64,000 nt of DNA from an uncultured Ruficoccus sp. (lineage in GTDB: Bacteria > Verrucomicrobiota > Verrucomicrobiia > Opitutales > Cerasicoccaceae), in assembly GCA_965140785.1 (NCBI GenBank), contig OZ223481.1, positions 480,001-544,000 on the forward strand, in the 5' to 3' direction. Of the stretch, positions 58,978 through 64,000 are shown one piece after another. The translations under genes were made by a program, and so were the position numbers. The notes beneath the pieces were generated by a model. It ran no database searches and was not told the DNA's origin. It saw nothing but the letters and a program-made list of their open reading frames with translations. Position 1 is the first letter of the stretch, and each line of letters begins with the position of its first letter.

Positions 58978-61900
58978 TCATCCGTTTGTTTTTCCGCGCC
59001 GCAGCTTGAGCGAAGCTTCCGCCAGCGCGCAGTACAGTACGGGTACGACAAAGATCGTCAGCAGCGCCAGCAGCATCCCGCCAAAGGTCGGGATCGCCAT
59101 CGGCACCATCACGTCGGCACCGCGTCCGGTGGAGGTGAGCACCGGCAGCAGGGCGAGGATGGTCGTTGCACTGGTCATCATGGCCGGTCGCACGCGACGG
59201 ACACCGGCCTCCACCGTGGCCGCACGGATCGACGCGCGGTTGCCGGGCTTGCGCTCGCCGAAGACCTGCTGCAGGTAGGTGCACACGATGACGCCGTTGT
59301 CCGTGGCGATGCCGAACAGTGCCAGGAAACCGACCCACACCGCCACGCTCAGGTTGATCGTGTCGATCTGGAAAAGCGCGCGCAGGTTGTGCCCGAACAG
59401 GTTCACATTCATAAACCACGGCTGCCCGTAGAGCCAGATCAGGATGAATCCGCCCGTCCAGGCGAACAGGATGCCGGAAAAAACCAGCAGCGTGGCGCTG
59501 ACGCGCTTGAACTGAAAATACAGGATCAGCCAGATGGCGGCGAGGGCGATGGGCAGGATCAGGCGCAGCTTTTGCTGGGCGCGAACCTGGTTCTCATAGC
59601 TGCCGGTGAAGCGGTAGCTGACACCGGCCGGGATAAGCAGTTCGCCCGAGGCCTGCTTGTCCTTTAAAAACTGCCGGGCCTGCTCGACCACCTCGACCTC
59701 GGCGTGGCCGGGTGCCTTGTCGAAGATCACATAGCCGAGCAGAAAGGTGTCCTCGCTCTTGATGACCTGCGGCCCGCGCACATAGTCGAGGGTGGCCAGC
59801 TCCTTGAGCGGGATCTGGGTGCCGTCGGGCGCGGCCACGAGCATGTTTTCAATCGCCTCAATGCTGTCGCGCAGCTCGCGCTGGTAGCGCACGCGCACCG
59901 GGTGGCGCTCGCGGCCCTCTATCGTCTGGGTGACCGGTTTGCCGCCGAGGGCGACCTCGATCACATGCTGTACGGTCTGGATTTTAATCCCGTAGCGGGC
60001 GATAGCTTCGCGGTTGATATCGATTTCCAGGTACGGCTTGCCCACGATGCGATCAGCGAAGACAGCCTCGGACTTGATCGCGGGCACCTGCTTGAGCAGG
60101 CTCTCAATCTCCAGCGCGGTGTGCTCGATGGTCTCCAGGTCGGGGCCGTAAACCTTCAGCCCCATGGGCGCGCGCATCCCGCTCTGGAGCATGACCACGC
60201 GGGCGGCGATGGGCTGGAGCTTCGGTGCCGAGGTCGTGCCGGGGATGCGGGCAGCCCGGACGATTTCCTCCCAGATGTCGTCCGGACTTTTGATCTGGTC
60301 GCGCCATTGGCGGTACGGGCGGCCATCTTTGTCGGGGATAAGCTTGCCCGCGGCGTCACGTTCGAAGTCCCCGGCCTCCTCGTCGTAGGCGAAGGTCAGG
60401 ATGCGCCCGTCTGCGTCGGTCATGTACTCGGTTTTGGTGGTGATGATCGTCTCGATCATGGAGACCGGCGCGGGGTCGAGCGGACTCTCCACGCGTCCGA
60501 GCTTGCCCACCGCGAGTTCGACCTCCGGGATGGCGTTGATCGCTATGTCCTGCTTTTTCAATACATCCATCACCTCGCCGATGGAGGCGTGCGGCATGGT
60601 CGTGGGCATGAGCAGAAACGAGCCCTCGTCCAGGTTCGGCATAAACTCCTTGCCCAGCCCCGGGAACTGCCGTTCCAGGTAGGCAGAGGGGGCCGAGTCC
60701 CGGACAAACCCCGGCAGCCAGCCGAAGAGTTTGCCCCAGCCCAGCCACGCGACGAAGCCGAAGCCGACGATCAACGCGCACGCGGCGAGAAAGGGCAGCT
60801 TCACGCTCAGGATGAAGCCGAGCATCTGCGCATAGCAGTGGATGACCGCATAAAAGAGGCCTAATAGCCCGCCCACGGCGATCAGAACAAAAAGCGCATT
60901 GCCGACGCTGGCCTCGGGCCCGAGCGGTTGCCAGTCCCGCGCTAGCCATAGGGCGACTACCCCCGCGACCAGAAAATTAAACCCACGCAGGATACCCTGC
61001 CTGATGTGCGTGGGCAGATGGGCACCGAGCAGATGGAAGGCCGCGACACCGATCATGAGCAGGCCGAGCCACCAGGGAAACCAGGAGATGAAAAAGGCCC
61101 CGATCAGTCCGGCCAGTGCCAGCATCGTCCAGAGCCAGACGCGTGCAAACCGGCTCTTGATCTCGCCCGCGATAAAGGCATGCGCCAGGGGCGGGATAAT
61201 GGTCAACGCGACAATGATTGAACCGATCAGGGCGAAAGTTTTCGTATAGGCAAGCGGGCGGAAGAGCTTGCCCTCCGCCGCCTCCATCGTGAAGACCGGC
61301 AGGAAGCTGATCACCGTGGTCAGCACCGCGGTGACGACAGCGCCGGAAACTTCCGCGCAGGCCCGATACACGACCTCCAGCCGATTCTCCTCGGGCGGAG
61401 CATTCTCCAGATGGCGCAGGATGTTCTCTATCAGCACCACGCCCATATCCACAATGGTGCCGATGGCGATCGCGATGCCGGAGAGGGCCACGATGTTCGC
61501 ATCCACGTCGAACAAGCGCATGCCGATGAAGGAAAAGAGCACGGCCAGCGGGAGCACACCGGAGATGAGCGTGGCGCTGCGCAGATGCATGACCATGATC
61601 ACCACGACGATGATGGTGACGAGGATCTGCTGGCGAACGGCGCTCTCCAGCGTGCCTAGTGTCTCGTAGATCAGGCCGGTGCGGTCATAGAAGGGGACGA
61701 TCTCGACCTGGCTGACGGTGCCGTCGGCCCAGCGTCTTGCGCGGCAGGCCGGGGGAGATTTCGGCGATCTTCTCCTTAACGCGCTTGATGACAGCGAGCG
61801 GGTTCTCTCCGTATCGAGTCACCACTACACCGCCCACAGCCTCGGCCCCTCCTTTATCCAGAGCGCCGCGCCGAAGTCCGGGTCCGAACTGCACCTGCGC

Positions 61901-62761
61901 GACCTGCTCCAGGGTGACGGGGACATTGTTGCGCTGGGTGATGACCGTCTGGCGCAGGTCGTCGAGGTTTTCGATCAGGCCGAGGCCACGAATGACGTAC
62001 TCGACGCGATTAATCTCGATCGTGCGCGCGCCGACGTCCTGGTTGCTGCCGCGCACCGCGTCGAAAACCTGTTCCAGCGTGATGTCGTACGTGCGCAGGG
62101 CATCCGGGTCGACATCGACTTGGTAGTCCTTGACAAAGCCGCCGATGGAGGCGACCTCCGCCACGCCGTCCACGCCCTGAAGGGCGTAGCGCACATACCA
62201 GTCCTGCACACCGCGCAGCTCCTGCGTGTCCCAGCCGCCGGCGGGCTTGCCCTGCGGCGTGCGGCCCTCCAGCGTGTACCAGAAGACCTGCCCCAGCGCC
62301 GTGGCATCGGGCCCAAGTCGCGGCGTGACTCCGTCGGGTAGTGTGCCGGCGGGCAGGCTGTTGAGCTTTTCCAGGATGCGGCTGCGCGACCAGTAAAAGT
62401 CCACCCCGTCCTTGAACACGATGTAGATCGAGGAGAACCCGAACATCGAGTAGCTGCGGACGGTCTTGACATCGGGTAGGCCGAGCAGGGCGGTCGTCAG
62501 CGGGTAGGAGACCTGGTCTTCAATGTCCTGCGGGGAGCGCCCCGGCCACTCGGTGAAGACGATTTGCTGATTCTCGCCGATGTCCGGGATCGCGTCCACC
62601 GGCACCGGGTGACGGGGGAGCAGATCCAACTCCCAGTCGAACGGAGCCGTGATCAGGCCCCAGGCGATCAGCCCGAAGGTGAAGATTGCGACCACCAGTC
62701 GGTTCTGCAGGCAGAACCAAATCAAGCGATTAATCGGATTTGCCGGGGGCTCAGTGGGCAT
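58978..62761 (-). pseudogene. cusA: CusA/CzcA heavy-metal RND permease with a 1-bp frameshift near 61729
   Basis: VDAIPDIGENQ, LGPDATALG in the 5' frame. Removing one base restores ...RKTLADGTVSQVEIVPFYDR into the 3' frame (GTIVDMG, RVRPAMMT). Confidence 0.88.
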
Positions 62762-64000
62762 GGCTGTCTGTAGTGAGATTTTCACTACTAAGTATTTCCA
62801 GCGTCTCGCCGCACCCGGACATCATGGCTCCGAAGTACGGGTTGCGCAGCGGTTCTTCGGTCTGAATCCAGTCCGCACCGTGGTCTGTGTAAACCATCGG
62901 GCAATGCATGACATAGAGCGTGTGATCCGCGGCGGTTGGGTCGGTTTTAAACGCGGCAATCATGGCCCGGGAGAGCTCGTCAAAGGTCGGACGGCGCAGG
63001 GTGTCGAGTGAGCCGGCAGCCATCATACCATGGATTAAATGCGCGGCGGGGCTGGTATGACCGGTGATGCTCATCATCGGCTTCAGGGCGGCCTTGGCCG
63101 CTGACAAATCGTCGGAGGCGAGGGCGTCCTGAAGTTTGAGGTACGGTTCGAGCAGCTCAACCGCTTGCTCGGTGGAGAGGTGAATCTTTCCGTCATCAGG
63201 TTCCATGGCTTCCCTCTTTATCGCCGATGGCGTGGAAGCTTCGGCAGGCTTGTTCATCTCCATCTTCGCCGGATTCATCATGCTGGGCTTTGCCTGTATC
63301 TGGAGGGCGCTGTCGATTTTAAAGGCCCCGTGGGTGACGACTTGGTCGCCTTCTTCCAGCCCTTGGGCGACGATATATGTATCGCCCGCCCGCGGACCGA
63401 GCACGATCTCCCGCCCCTCGTAGGTCGGGCGGTCAGCTCCCGGGATTGAGATGTAAACAACCGCTCGCTTACCCGTTCGCAGAACGGCGGAGGCAGGAAT
63501 GACGAGTGGCGCAGAGGCGTCCTCAGAGTCGTTGGTGTAGCCGAGCTTTTCGGCCGGGACGAGGTCCATGCCGCAGACATCGCAGGCGCCGGGCCCGTCC
63601 TTGACGATTTCCGGGTGCATGGGGCAGATCCACTTGCCGGAAAGGTCGGGGGCAAAGATACTGCCGTCACCTACCAGACGGGCTTTGACCACGCCCTTGG
63701 CGAACATGCCGGGCTTGAGCTTCTGGCCCGGGTTGGGGACGTTGACCCGGACGGAGACGGTGCGCGTCTTGCGGTTTACCTCCGGCTCGATGAAGGCGAT
63801 GGTGCCGCGAAAAGTTTCACCCGGATAAGCCTGCACGGTGAAGCTTACCGACTGCCCGTAGCGCAGCCACGGCAGGTCGGACTCGTAGGCATCGAGAAAG
63901 AGCCAGACCTCGTCGAGGTTGACGATCTTGAAGAGCGGTTCGCCGGTTTTGACGTACTCGCCTTCCTTGATGTATTTATTTACCACTACACCGCCGATGG
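62751..64000 (-). CDS. cusB: CusB-type RND periplasmic adaptor (5' end outside the window)
   Basis: LKPGMF, heavy-metal-binding WICPMHP...CDVCGMDL, C-terminal CPM...NPYFG..MSGCG domain. Confidence 0.9.
   Translation of the reverse strand, partial: IGGVVVNKYIKEGEYVKTGEPLFKIVNLDEVWLFLDAYESDLPWLRYGQSVSFTVQAYPGETFRGTIAFIEPEVNRKTRTVSVRVNVPNPGQKLKPGMFAKGVVKARLVGDGSIFAPDLSGKWICPMHPEIVKDGPGACDVCGMDLVPAEKLGYTNDSEDASAPLVIPASAVLRTGKRAVVYISIPGADRPTYEGREIVLGPRAGDTYIVAQGLEEGDQVVTHGAFKIDSALQIQAKPSMMNPAKMEMNKPAEASTPSAIKREAMEPDDGKIHLSTEQAVELLEPYLKLQDALASDDLSAAKAALKPMMSITGHTSPAAHLIHGMMAAGSLDTLRRPTFDELSRAMIAAFKTDPTAADHTLYVMHCPMVYTDHGADWIQTEEPLRNPYFGAMMSGCGETLEILSSENLTTDSHAH

Overview
GC-rich bacterial chromosome segment, probably Verrucomicrobiota/Opitutales. 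That assignment is an inference from the PEP-CTERM/exosortase and SHD1-like proteins and the gene style. Bases 1484-13609 are an AT-richer ~12.1 kb integrative element bounded by a 21-bp direct repeat of the tRNA-Glu 3' end. It encodes an intact tyrosine integrase, TerS and TerL terminase with no portal, capsid or tail gene, a minimal family-A-like (TV-Pol-like) polymerase, a serine resolvase, an XRE regulator and two secreted proteins. It also carries a translationally coupled DNA methyltransferase - ABC-ATPase - HNH operon (Septu-like effector linked to an MTase), followed by a very acidic small ORF. Left of the element are the stump of an older tRNA-Glu integrase and a RAYT-type HUH transposase bracketed by inverted repeats. 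The remainder is mostly core genome: purC, ald, exosortase + HpsJ-like, ybaK, divergent EF-G2, eno, proB, frr, pyrH, tRNA-Gln, pyrG, an orphan ParA three-gene unit, vapBC-like pair, acp/fabZ/fabB-like genes, a deoxy-sugar catabolic cluster, ribBA-ribH-nusB-ftsY-aroB, lpxA, pdxA, iscA-like and a frameshifted cusA with cusB. Several intergenic gaps hold hairpin elements built from degenerate 7-, 8- or 9-nt tandem repeats. No CRISPR array or rRNA was seen. All product calls come from visual motif recognition, not database searches.
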